Source: Balanoglossus misakiensis (lineage: Eukaryota > Animalia > Hemichordata). From it: DNA of 64,000 nt. The DNA is taken from NCBI GenBank assembly GCA_040954595.2, contig CM082593.2:6084172-6148171 (forward strand). The letters run 5' to 3'. The translations under genes and the position numbers were made by a program. Positions 13,500 to 27,600 of the stretch are shown here, piece after piece (the stretch's first letter is position 1; every line of letters starts with the position of its first letter). The notes below the pieces were generated by a model, which was not told where the DNA came from, made no database searches, and saw only the letters and a list, made by a program, of their open reading frames with translations.

Positions 13500-15044
13500 C
13501 TTTTTTTGGCTCTAAGAACCACGCTCTTGCTAACCGTGTGTGGTAAAAAGAATCATGGGTTATAGCTCATATTATATGATAACAGCCTCTGGGTCGTGTA
13601 TGATAAATGTAAAAAATCTGTGACGCTACCCAAAACAGCATGACACTCGCTCCGTAGCGATCGATCAAGTATTCTAAATCTGCTCATCAGGTGCCGTTTA
13701 TCCTTCAGCTTATTTTTAATTGGATGCACACGTTTCTTTTTTGTTTTACACACAAGAGCGACTATTTATTATTATTGCGGATACGACCTCATCACAGAAG
13801 CGCATGATGTATATACAGTATACATGTTGCATTCACAGCGACCGGCGCTCTAATGGTCTATAATGGGCATATGATAAATGTTTGACAATTTTTACTTCTT
13901 CACTTTGAATGGCTCTGATGTAAATTACAATTTCTTAATTTTAATGAGATTATCCTTTTCTTTTATAAATAAACATATAATAATGATACTACCGACCAAG
14001 TCTATGGGTAGCGAACGACGCTACCCGAAACCACAAACTCAGTCGCAAATTCGAAACTCACTACCAAAAACACGCTCAAGGCAAGCATGCACTCAAAAAG
14101 TATTGCAATTATTTATTTAGACAAAATACCACCGAAAACACAAAAAGTATTGAGATTTACAAATCACCAAGCGACTAGTGGGCTAGTCTAAGTTGGATCA
14201 AGAGTCGTGATAGGAGGATTAGACTTAACCGATTAGAGTAAATTTATTGCAATGTATCTGATTAGTAAATAATAAGCTTCGCTCTTAAAATGCGGCTGGG
14301 TTTACACACTCATCCCAGTATTTCCAGTCCATTTTATTGTCCCGGTCTTATTATCTACCCGTAAACGTCAGCCTCGTTAGTTCTGGTCTCTGTGGTGACG
14401 ATTCAAATGAATACAACTCGATCAGTGTGAACTTTGACCGCCTGTTACCAATCGACCACGTCAGCAACCTTTCCCCGACCCGAATTACCGGCGAATATTA
14501 TGGCATCTCGGTCCAGTTCCACAGATAACTGGTCAAAGTATTATTAGAGACCCAGATCCAGACATGGCCGCGATGCTGTGCACTTCACTTCTCATTGCCC
14601 TTACACAGGCGTGGCGGGTACTTCAATCCTATAATTGGGATCTCGCCGTTGGATGACTGAAAGAAATAAAATATGAATATATGTAAGCAAAGTGGAGATA
14701 AGTGCTTGATAATGAACAAAAAGTCGCATGTGACATCAATGCCAGAAATTTGATTCTTGTCGATGATATCATGCCCAAAATGAGGTTTTTTCCTCAAAAC
14801 GTATCAAATTTCTGGTTAAGAGTAATCAAACATATCATATTATTAGTTCAGATAGTCAGCTCTCTGAAAATGAATAGCGTGTTGGGGAATTCCAAAATCC
14901 TCCGTCATTAGAGATATGGTTTTTAAAAAAAATACCGTGCTGACTGAAGATATGGTACCGTGGCACTGTACGTACTGGGAATAATGGCTAGTTAGAGCCT
15001 CTAGAGCTACCACTTTTTGCATTATTTTCATGATTGTTTTAGTT

Positions 15045-15079
15045 TCTCTCTCTGTTTCTCTCTGTCTCTGTCTCTGTCT

Positions 15080-15110
<31 letters not shown>
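15045..15110. repeat. (TC)n/(TCTCTG)n microsatellite
   Basis: Direct reading. Confidence 0.9.
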
Positions 15111-15112
<2 letters not shown>

Positions 15113-17013
15113 CAATAACAGTTGGATATTTTCAACAATTCAAGCTAGCAGGCTTTCGAAACTTCTTTCAACGATTTTTCAAACACGGATTTTACCCGAT
15201 CAATTTTGCAAAGTGATTTATATTCAAATTTGCTTGCACATTGCTAATCCCAGATTGCTGTCCTCAGAACGTATTACATTATTTGAAAATGTGAAATAAA
15301 AATAAGCCGGCTTTATAATATTTATCCGTTATCCGTTCTCTACATTCACGACACCATTTCGTAGTTGAAACATCCATCGATCTTTCATTTTTACATTTGC
15401 TAAAAACTGTATATTTTTTTAGAATAAAAATGAAATTACAGAGCACTAAAGCGGATTTGCAAAGTTCTAGGGATTGCAACAGCCAGCAGGAAAATTCTAC
15501 TCAAATGTAAAAAAAAATGAACTGCGAATTTCCACGTTCGTACACGGAATTAAAAATTAAATGAAGTACTGGGTAGTTCCAAAGAACAAAGGATCACGGG
15601 TAAAAAATAACTGCATGTCTACAGGACATGAATACCGAGCTTCACTTTTGAAATACAATGCACTGTACTCTACTATAATTAAAAGGAACCCATGACGCCA
15701 CGACACCCACGGACTTAATATTCTCTTCCTCGTTTTACATTTATTTTCAAGGTGACCGATTGAGGTTTCCCTCTGAATGTACGCTTGAGCATATTATTCC
15801 GCTCACAGCTGGTTCTCTGTACGATTAAGTCAGAGTGAGCTTGGCTAGGGTGTGATGAAAACCATAATATACTCTCTATGCTAAAGGAGTAAAAGTGTTC
15901 ATGTACATAGCATGGGACCCAAACAAGAACACATGGTTGACACACAGAATACACATACTGAAAAATATAGCACCCAGAATTATTCAGTCCCAGTTTAGAT
16001 TTGCTCTAAGTCTAAGGGCTTCCTTCCGAGTCTCTCTAATCAGCGTGTGTGGAGTAAAAGATAGCGAGTATGGGCGCATATGTCTAGAAACACGCTTTTC
16101 TTTTCGATTGCTCTGTTGTGAAGCATTTTTGGAAAAGGCTGAACATTCTTATTCATAATGTGTACAATATAAATATAAAGCTAATTTGGAAGCACATTGT
16201 GTTTGGGTACATGGTGGAATGCGACAAGCTAGAATCACTAAATGTGGTCATAATGGTGGCAACTTTTTGTGTATACGAAGAAAGAATTATTAACGAAAAT
16301 AACATATGGCGATTATGAATAGATGATTTAACGTACATTCAACAAATAAAAAATGATGGAAAAATTCAAGAGTGGCTAAGCCTTCTTTGAGATGTAGAAT
16401 TACTATAGAGTTCACTACAACTATATGTATTAGAAATATTGATAATGAACAGAAATGTTGTAAAGTTGGATTTTGTCTTTATCAGGTGAATGTGTATGTT
16501 AATTGAGTTGAATGTAAAATATAGGTTAATTGAGTTGAATAACCAAAAAAAAGAAAAATAAGAAACGCGCTTAAGTAAGCTAGTCTAGTCCCAGTTTTAA
16601 AGTACATGTAACACTTATATATATACGTGTATTAGAGGCCCTCTCTTCTTTTTGATCAGCCGCCATGTTTGATGTCGTGCCGCGCTGCTGTACCATTCCA
16701 CCATTTTGATTTTCTAGCTGCTATGTTGTTCATTCTTAATCTCACTTCTAGGAAAATGGCATGCGCTTTGTCGATATACGATTTCTTCGTGCATTCGAGC
16801 AGCGGAACCATTTCCTGTATATGTGCAGTTTAAGGCTTCGAAGAATCATTTCTATGGCTGTCTGGTGACAGTGAGAATCGTTTGAGGGTCGATTGATTTA
16901 ACAAAGCCATTAGTGAAAGAACGCGGGACTAAATTGTACTGTGCATGACAGCGATGGAAGTAGCGGGGGCGTCTGGTATCTTGTGTACGGGGTCGTCACG
17001 CCGCATTTGTTTG

Positions 17014-17221
17014 TTTATAAACATTACAATTCATGAAAAAATCCCTGAAATTAGATAATTCTTAGAATGAACGAAGCAGCCAACCGAAGCGTAGACCGGG
17101 CACGACAGCGACTGAAGATCCGAGAAGGTCGTGGCGACTGCAGTGAGGTCTGTGCTGGTATGGGAGGGCATATTCTCATCAAGGGGGACACCCACGCGGC
17201 ACGACGACCCATTCCCTTTAA
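17014..17221 (+). mobile_element. ~200-bp terminus of a non-autonomous DNA transposon (TTAA-bounded, Kolobok/piggyBac-like end), copy 1
   Basis: Ends ...CGACGACCCATTCCCTTTAA. It is a diverged reverse complement of 26315-26511. The superfamily is inferred only from the TTAA-AGGG terminus. Confidence 0.65.
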
Positions 17222-18092
17222 AAAGTGCCGTGACAAAGTACGCGAGGGAACGTATTTTCACGGTTTGGGCCAAAATCGGCTTTCCGTGTATTTAAACGTA
17301 ACACCAAAAATAGTTCTGTTGTTAAATAGCAACAGGTGGCCATCCTCTAATTCTATAATCTTCTGTCTGCTGGCCACATCTGGTTGCGATGATTTTTTGT
17401 TTAATTCGAGTCTTCTTGGAATTAGAGAACAACCAACGTAATGAACACACAACAAGGTCAAGGACGCTTAGCTAAGGTGACCGTTATATTAATGTCATGA
17501 AAGAAACTGTTGAAAATCAATGGATCGTTAGTTTTGTGAAATTTAAAAATCAAGTTGACAACAGCTTCAACTTCGCTGTACATTGTACTTGCTGACACAT
17601 TTATGAATAATGGGCTGACATAGAGGGGGAGTTGTCTAACTATTTTATGACAGTGGAGAAAGAGGAACATTCGTTTGGTGGGGTGTTTGTTAATATCTTG
17701 TTACGAGAGGCGACACGACAAAATTGTTATTGTTTTAAAATTTACATCGGCTGTATTTGTCGCCGTGACGATGTCGTCTTTATCTGAGTGTGTTTTTATT
17801 CTAAAGTCAGGAACTATACGAAACCCAGGGCGAATTAATCCACTGGAAACATGCATGTGTTTTCGCGCACCATGTGCGTCACAATCACGTGACGTACATG
17901 ATGTTTTGCCTTTGTTGATATGTGTACGTTGGCGCGGAGTAGCTGCATTATAGTAGATGGTTCTGCTGTCAAGAGTAGGGGACGGCATTCTTCACAGAGC
18001 ACAGTGTGCAGTGTACAGCATCGGCGCAGACACGTTAACCAAGCGCACGGCGCTCAACACTGAAAAGAAGGGGACTTTTAACCCGGTCGACC

Positions 18093-21000
18093 ATGGGCGA
18101 ATTTCAGGTGCCTGACGATATCAAGGCATGGCTGGAGAGCGTGACGAACGGCAGCAACTTGACGGCGTTCATCCTGCAAGGGATCTACGACCATTTCAAC
18201 AACGCACCGGAGTCCGGCCATGAAACCGACGTGTCCCTGGAACTGCCGCTCAATTCCCGAATCGTCTTGATACTGGCGTTCACGCTCAGCATGGCCATGT
18301 CCATCACCGGCAACACGCTTGTCATCTGCGTGTTGCTAGGGGGAAGACGCGCCAACACCGACCTCACCGCATCTCTGATCAACCTGGCGATAAGCGACTT
18401 GACAATGGCTATATTCTGCATGCCTTTTACCTTCCCGACCTTGATGTACGGCCACTGGATTTTCGGCTCAGAGATGTGCTACATTGTGATCTTTATGCAG
18501 CATGTAAGTTGGAATTCGTTTTCTTGATCATTATTTCCAGAATTCTGCACCCTTATCCTGATTAACGATGGTCAGGCGCAAAAACAAGTGTTTGCAGTAA
18601 CGACAAAATTCAACCCTCAAATTCTGCTCATCAATTACAAGCGCGATGGGTTCTACTTTTGTCGACTATTAAAAAGGCAGGTTCTTATTTATTGCTTACT
18701 TAACATTCATAGCGCAGAATAATTGATTTTCAGTGTATTCTGTGAAATGGGGTTTTCGAAAAAAAAATGTTTTTTTTTCTCGCTAACCATGAAAGTTTCC
18801 TGTGACCTGTGTACATACCATATACAGCACTCTTTAAGTACTTACACAAGGAAAATCCAGAACCCGTGAAGTTTTTAGCGAAATTGACAAAAACTGTATT
18901 TTCGAAGTTCTGTGAAAATTCATCTCGCATAAATACTAGTAGTGTTGAAAAAATGGCTGTGCACTAACATGTCGGATTAATCTATAAAGAGGCTTTCAGC
19001 CTGCAGAAAATATATACTTTTGGGGTTTAGCAATTTCAATGATAACTGGCAGAATATTACAATTTATTGAGCGCGTCGAGGGGCTTTGTGAGCGCACGGG
19101 ACGCGTATTACGCGTCGATGACCACAGTGGCTCGGAAGTTATGGAGATACGTGTGTAATCTAGCAAGAACATGACGATGTAACGTGTTCTCACATGTACG
19201 GTGCGTGCGTATATACCTACCATCAAATGTAAAACGGTACATTACTGGTGTTCTTTTTTTAGCTGTCGACTTAATCAATTTGTTTACAGCTGTAATGCAA
19301 ACGAAATGACTGATGCTAACAATAAATTCAATTAACTTCCCAGATACTCATATTCCGTATAGCTGTAAAACTAATATTTATAAACATGCTGCTTCGCTGT
19401 TTGGAGACACGTCAGGATAAATCGACTAAGACAAAAAACACCGACCCCCTCCTTGTAAATTTTGACTGGTCCCTAACAAAGAGCCATAAAAATCATATTG
19501 ATTTATGTGCGGGTGCGATTGGCCTTTTGTCACAAGGTATGATACAAGGGATGATCCAGGTAGCTTTTCCTTCAGACCATGTGACTGGGTTCTTTTGTGC
19601 TGGGGACCCCTTACTACGGGAATCGTAAAACTCAGATACTTTATTACGTTTATGCATATACTATTTATTCAACTTGCAGAATTGTATCGATGGATCCAAT
19701 AAATTGTACAGGGACAGCCACTATAGACAAAATACCAGTGGACTGTATGCACAGTAAAGAAATATTACACAAAACACAAACGCAAAGACATGAAACGGTA
19801 CAAACATGACAAACGACATTAACAGGTGGTTATCGAACGGTTGTCCTACCCTTGCTAAGAAAGATTGTTGAGTTCAGTGAGTTCAGTAGTGACAATGTTC
19901 CGGGAAATGGGTCGCAGAATATATCAGTCGTTCCAGTTTCATCGAGGCGATGGTCGATCCGTGGCCGCACAGGATGTCTCGTTTCACACTTGGTGGAAAA
20001 CTCCGTCACCGTTGTAGTTTCGCCAAACAGACCTGGCAGTCAGATTCTGGTAGGATTACACACACAGTGCCTCCGTGCTACCGCTGGCTGGCATTGTCAG
20101 TCTCTTCCCTCAAGAATGGGCACGCAGCCTTTTATACCACCTTCCAGATGCATTGCTGTACATATTTTCTACAATAATTTATTCAGAATGATTGTCCACT
20201 GTTCTCCACTGTCTATTGTTTTAGTTTCTCCCCGAATTATCACCTCCGAATTATGAAGACCAAGTCAGTGCAGAGATTATGTAATCCAGGACTGGTGAAT
20301 TGTCCATGCGCAGTTATTCACACACTGGTTGTGTGTCATCGCAGAGTTCATTTTGTCAAAGCCGTTAAATGCTAAGATGTGTAACTGACTGTCTAACCAC
20401 CTCAGACAAGTAGACGTGCAGCAAATCCTAACTAACCTTTAACCACCACACAAAAACAACACTGGACACACAAGACAACACACAACACTATAGACACTTT
20501 GTGACACCTTTTCCCGTTTATTCCTGGATTCATTTCAACGGCCATTTTAAACAGTACAGTGCCAACTACCGTAAGTAAACATCGAGAAATAAAATAAAGA
20601 TGTGTGTTTTGAAACATATTGCTGTTCATAAAACGACGTAATACCCAAACGTGTATGTGTATCGACGGTGAAAATGTGAATTTCAGGTTGTCCGCGGTAC
20701 TGCGCGTATGCTAGGAGTGCCTCGTGCATCGTGGAACGGAAAACAGGACGTACGACTTCTATTGTGCCTGGCCCAATAACACTCACCGTAAACTACTAGT
20801 ATCTCGAAACACTCAGCATTCGACCTGTCAGTGCAGGGCATAAACGTCGATGATACATGTATCTGCGTGTTCTGTACAAACACAAAGGATGCGCTAGCAA
20901 GCCCTCAACAATTCAATAAGCGAGTATTTGTGTATTTGATACGCCGAACACACATTTTTATATGATTCTCCAGTCTTCGAAGACCTTGCAGGTACCCGGC

Positions 21001-24000
21001 ATAGTGGCGTTAATAAGAAAGCTGGTTCACCGTGTTTTATTCCGGAGAAGTCGAACGTTATTGATTCATATCATACCAAACCAGTGGTCAAACTGGCTTT
21101 AATAATACAACACGGGAAAGTAAATAGTTATGGCAATCCGCTCGGAAAATATTAATATTTAGAACCAGAAAATCGACTCGAGAGCTAGACTGGAATGCGA
21201 GGGAAGCAAGCTTATCCGGCAAGCCTCGAGTGTAACATTTTCGCCTTCCTCTGCGGCGAGGAAGAATTGCAGGCAGTTTTACATTCCCCCGTTCTTCTCC
21301 GAACTGAAAAAAAAGTTTGAATTAGTTGCCACTGGGACTCCATTTATTATACATGCGCTTGAATCCCACGTCACTTTCCCCGAAATCCCCGTTTGCCTTC
21401 ATGAGATAAGGTTATATGGAGATTTAGAAATGTCAAAACCTCTGAACCTGACCAGCACTCATCGACCGCCCCTGAGACCAAACAGATACAGATAATTGAC
21501 TTGCGCACGTTAATGGTACTCTCATGGTTAGGGCATTTGTCATATCTCGCCTATAAACCGCCTTAATCCACAGCTGGATAATTGAAAATCAGCCTGGCAG
21601 TAAAAAACCAGCGGCTGCGTCGATAAAAAGAGAAAAAAAATATAACCCCTAAAGGTTGAACTCGAAGAAAAACAATAGATACCCCAAGGAAAAAAACAAC
21701 AGCAACCTAGAACCATGTCTTACCGGAACCATGACTTTAAAAATGACAATAGCCCTACCATCATTAAAATGAAACATGCAGTATATGGTTTATTTTAGGA
21801 CTGCGGATGTTCGTTCCAAGCATTTTCATTTGCATTTAACTTGAAAGCACGTCAGCCTGGATCGTAAAATGCTAAATGTTAATACAACCCCAGGCACAAC
21901 CGATAAACAGCATGAATAGCCGGGCAGCGGTTGGGTTGGACCGCCGTCGTACAATGCACCCTTCGGCATTGTCATGTTAATCCACTGTCTACCAGTTTGT
22001 GCAGAGGGTTTTTTTCTCATGGTTGTAGAGATGTTTTGTTCGTATGTACAGTGTGAATACACCGGATGAAGACAGCCTTGTAGGTACAAGTGGGGGGGGG
22101 GGGGGTGGGACGGAAGTATTGCACAGCATTGTATTGTGGGGGACTTGTGTGTACACGTACTGGGTAAATTTAGCATGAAAAACAAAAGCATTTACTCCGC
22201 AAATCGTTTCCGTTTAAAAGTGAAATATTCGAGAAAGCTAAAGGGGGGGGCTGGGAGTTAGAGACGAACGGGCAGAGGGGTTGTAGGCTGGGATAATTCC
22301 GACCACACCCATCCATATTCCAGAAAGCATTGGTCATATGCCATATTGACGAGTTCTCAGCAGAAACACAAAGCAATGCGGCACAGCACAGCACAGCACA
22401 GCACAGCACAGTACAGCACAGACAGCCATCAAAACGCACAGAACAAAAGTCTTGATTGTCAGCATTGGGACGCGGGTCTGGTTTAATACCACTTATATGT
22501 TGCCAACTGCTGGCGATTTCGTTTCCAGAATAGACAGGAATGTAAGTACAAAATCCAAATATCAGCTAAAGAGCTTTCCATAGACCTCGGGTCAATTCAT
22601 GTATCTGAAAATTAAGCTCATGGCGCCAGCAGAGTTTTAGTGAGGATAATACACATACCATTCACACTCAATATCGGAGAGATTAAACGCAATCAAAATG
22701 CAATTCAACTATTCAACTAAAGCGCGCGGCCAATTAAATGATACCTGAACACAAATTGAACCCCTGGACGAGTAGCAGACTCTCCCTGTGGGTACATGAT
22801 GAAGAGGACAGCGCACACAACCATTAGTTTTCATATTTAAAAAAAAATAGAAAGTATTATTCGGATTCGGAAGTCATGCAGAGAGTGGAATCACTATGCT
22901 CATTCGAACTTGTGCTATTTTTTTACGCGTTTCCTTTAATCACGACGGACTAGACTAATGCCAAAAGAAATCATCACAAAACATTTCAACGAGACAAGAC
23001 ACGATGGAAATCCACAAATACTCAGCATACCCTTGACTCAAAATCTTAGATTAGCCGATAACAATTGGATCACTTGAGAACGATAATGGGGACTATACGT
23101 TCCGGAAAAAGAACGTGCTCACTCTCAATATTATTAACAACATCTTGATATAAATGCCCATGCATACATGTATCTGTAATGTGTTCTTACAAATAAATGT
23201 GAAACGGAGTATTGCAACAATTAGTCTTATCTTAATGTAATCTCAATGATATCTCCTGTACACATCTGACAAAAACATGTTTTTTTTTTAAAAAGTTGAA
23301 CAGGCATCGTCGGAACACCATTAATATGAAATCCATGATTAATATGCACTATACACGGATCAACATTCGTCGACGCGGCACAGTTTCTGTCCGACGGGCC
23401 AGCTAGCCAGTAACACTGTCGTTTTTATAAAAAATACCGCTAGCTGGTGATCTGTCTTGTACAATGCCGTTGAGCATGCACCGAAAATCACCACGACAAA
23501 GAACACACCGCGTTTTACCCCCTTGGCATACACAAGACACCGAAACCAACCTGGGGCGCAAACGGATGTTCCGTGCATAGTATGCAAATCATGCAGCAGT
23601 TAATTGCAGTATACTATGGATTTCCCCCAAAAAATCTGTCCTCAAGGTATGTACTACATTAACGCCGGATCACAACCATTAACGCTTCGTTGCGTGCATT
23701 ACATCATAAGACATTTGCATCAAGGTAGTGTTACCGTGACTTGTAAATATCAATCCGCGCAACACAATGAACAACACGCGATCAATACTTTTTACACAGC
23801 ATCACGCAGTTTTCAAGCAACACAAGTTTCACCACAGGGCGCAAGAGACACACAATGGAGAATTCAGCAGAGCACAAAGTCATTCGAGGAACTTCTCTCG
23901 TGTGTACGTGGGTTGCACGACCCAACTCTGATGACGTTTTTGTTGACCTTCTTCATAATTCACTCGCTGCCTTCGCCAGAAGCCAAAACTATTTGTGAAA

Positions 24001-24544
24001 CAAGAATCTTCCTCTGTCACACCCTGCTGATTGTTCGCAGTTTCTACAACGCGACTTTTTTTCTAAATGCGATGCCCGGAGCCACTTTTCCAGTCCATAG
24101 CATACATTTTATAACAGTCCTTGATAAAACGCAGCTACTATTAATATTTTGACTGAATATTTGATGTGTAAACCCTACCAGCTATGCTTTCGGAAATCTG
24201 CGATGCGCAGCAAATTATTTTGTGAGTTGTTTGCATACTAAACAACACTTTTTCACACAGAGGAAAACATTACCAACATGCGTGAATGTCTCATTAACGA
24301 TCTATTTGTTGAACCCGGAGGTTGTATTAGTAATTACGAAATAGCCTTGGGAAATAATTTTACTCTCACGCTTGTAGCCCTGATTTCATAGTAATGGAAT
24401 CTTTGCTTGTACACTAGCCTGTCCTGTCATTATGCACGCGTTTTACGGTTTTGTGTAACCAACACATGGTAAAGTCCTCCTCCTCCTCCCACCTCCTCCT
24501 CCTCCTCCTCCTCCTCCTCCTCCTCCTCCTCCTCCTCCTCCTCC

Positions 24545-24623
<79 letters not shown>

Positions 24624-27600
24624 TTGTTACTGCTATTTACTCCCCGTATATACTAGTAAGATGTATTTCAGGTTAAGAAACGATAGAATCGAATGAAAGT
24701 TCAAAGACAGTTCTTTCCTTAGCGGCCACAGAAGTTTAAAGGCCTCTCCCGGTATCACATCTGCCCAAAGGTAATTAACCTTCCGAACGGAGAATACGCC
24801 GTTGAACGTAAATATCGATTTACTTGATGCATATATTATGACATTTGCTGAGACGCCTGGCGTTTGAATATATAACTCGTTGATGCCGGAAAGAAACACA
24901 TTACTATAAACTAAACCTAGGGATGTGGGATTTCCCCAGATCCTTTGGATATTCGAACAAACCACAGGGCGGCAATATCCGTGTATTATGCACGTCTGGT
25001 CACATGAATGCAATTGTCTCTAATTTACATTATCTGCGCATGTGTGCACCGTGGTGTAATCTAATAAAGTTTACGTAAGAATTTAATCTAGAGGCTCTGA
25101 AAACGGGATAAAGATGACAAGCAATCGTCATAGGGATATTTCCTGCCCTTATCGGTTCGGGTTACAGCTACAATCATGTACGTCATGTATATCCAATTTG
25201 AGTATCGCAATTGTGTTTGGTTAACGTATTCAGACGTATGAGAAGGTTTCCTCGACTGAAAATTACATGATTGCAATTATATAGACCGTTGCCTCACCCT
25301 CAAGGGGACCCAGGATATGAATATGTAGATGTAGGGTTGGATGAGTATTGGATTGGCGATAGGCGGTTGTGCAGGTAGGTTGATAGGTGGGTTGGTAATC
25401 ACAGGGCAGGTTGGTTGATTTGGGTGGGAGGGAAAGAAGTCTTACCGAGCGCCTGTGTAACAAATCGCCAATACTGAGCTGAAGCTCGAATAACAGCATA
25501 TCAGAAATGTTAGCAATATTGTATATGTGAGGGCTTTCAGAGAATTAAGTGCATACGCGTGTGCAATTTGATTGCTAACAATCGTTTGGTAGCGACGTCG
25601 GCAAGAGTTTGTACCGCAGTGCTGGCGACCATAAGTCTCAGTGACGTTTTCATGTTGAGAAAATGGGAAATGAGAAAATGGTGATGCGTTCGGCCTTGGC
25701 AGATTTGAAGTATACATCAACTACAAAAAAAGAGACTTAAATGCAGAAACTGTCACAGGGTTTGATCGAGGTCGGTCATTGGTTTACCGTATTATATTCG
25801 CTTTTCATTGGTTTCACCTGTCAGGTGATTCCTTAGATACAAATTGCCTGCGTCTGTCAGGTATAAGTGCTTCGCTTACAAGGCATTTGCAAAACATACT
25901 GTGTCACTATAAGGTCTAACGATGGAACTCTTGCATCCGGACAAGCAGAAAGGATCCGGTATCTCAAATCACCCACATTCAATTTTGCTAACTTACTTTC
26001 ATTTGTCGCGCAACCCGACCGAGAAGTAAGGTTGTTTTCCCCCCTATCCTATCGTGCGCAAATTATTATACGGTACTACTGCACACCGGCTCTCAATATC
26101 TATTCGCCTCGGCGCGCTCCGATTGCAACTGGCCTGTACATTCGTGTTTTTCATGCCACAACTCGTGATTGCCAACTCGGGAAAACCTCAAGACTTTGTA
26201 AAGCACCCCTTGTTAAAAAATGCATAAAAGAGGATCCGGTTTCTATTAAGCGTCTTCACCACAGCCAAGCCTTTTATTCCGATGGTGTGCCACCGAGGAC
26301 TGCAGAATGAATGATTAAAGGGAATGGGTCGTCGCGCCGCGTGGGTGTCCCCCCTTGATGAGAATATGTCCTCCCACACCAGAGCAAACCCCACGACCTA
26401 CTAGGATCTCAAGTTGCTGTCATGCCCAGTCTACGCTACGGTTGGCTGCTTCGTTCATTCTAAGCATTATCTAATTTAAGGGATTTTTTCATGAATTGTA
26501 ATGTTTATAAACCAACAACCGATTCGGGCGATCCCGCCACTCACGCATCATCGCACTAAAGCGAACCATGAAGCTTGTATTCGTCAACACTTTTAAGTCG
26601 CAGAGCGGAAACAGGGCAGTTCATGTCCAATCGCTTATATTGTCTGTACAAGGGGTAAATACCTGCATGTTCATGCATGAGATTGCTAACAAATCGTGTC
26701 AGTAATGACGGGCTAATGATGAATGGATCTAAACGTGTTCAACTCGAGTGAGTTCCCGACTGCAATGTCCCTTCATTAGCATTATAAAATAGGAACAATT
26801 AGTTTTCTGATTACAAAACAAAATGTAGTACTGCACAGAAGTCGTAATGGGAGTAATTACAGTAATCAATATCACCACTTGCAATTCCCTCGGGGGTAAT
26901 TTAAATGGATAAGAATAATATAACAATCATTCGGGTTACAGACAAACGCAGATATGATCTACTCACTGAAGTGTATAAAACTATAGACCGTGACGGATAG
27001 GATGTATTACTATTAGCCTAGTCATGCGCAAACTTGTCGTATTAACCCTTTATATATTTGTTTATTGAAATTCCCTTCCCATGATCTTATCTATTTCCCG
27101 AAATTCCCCCCGAGTATCAAACGATGAAGAGTTTGTATTTGTTGGTGAAACAACGATAAACCTATAAGTGCTATCTTTACACGATGGAATACTATCAAGT
27201 GGACATTGCGATAACCTATGACCCATGGTTGCCCTAAAGCTCCTCCATTAAGATAGCACGCGCCCGGAGAGATTTTCAGTTGCTCCGAAACTTTCAATTC
27301 TCTGCTGTATTGAAGTATGTGGGAGATATTTTGCCAGCGAAGAAGAAAAGAAAGTGTTCACTGTCTTGTTTTCATTTTTTTAATCGCTATTTTAATTTCG
27401 ATTTTCTGGCATTTTTCCTGTGACTTTTTGCACCATTTTCGGTTTGATCGGTCGATGAAAACGTAATGCGTGCACAGCGACGAATGTGCGAAATTTACCA
27501 ATTTTACCATTTTTCATTTTTCGACCCTCACCAAGCAGCTGTCACATTCATTCTTTTAAGTCGAAGTGTATTGTACCTCAACTTCCAAACTGTGGGGGAC

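Noticed and set aside
24414-24696. Poly-M/R and poly-L/I ORFs
   Set aside because: Trinucleotide microsatellite artefacts.
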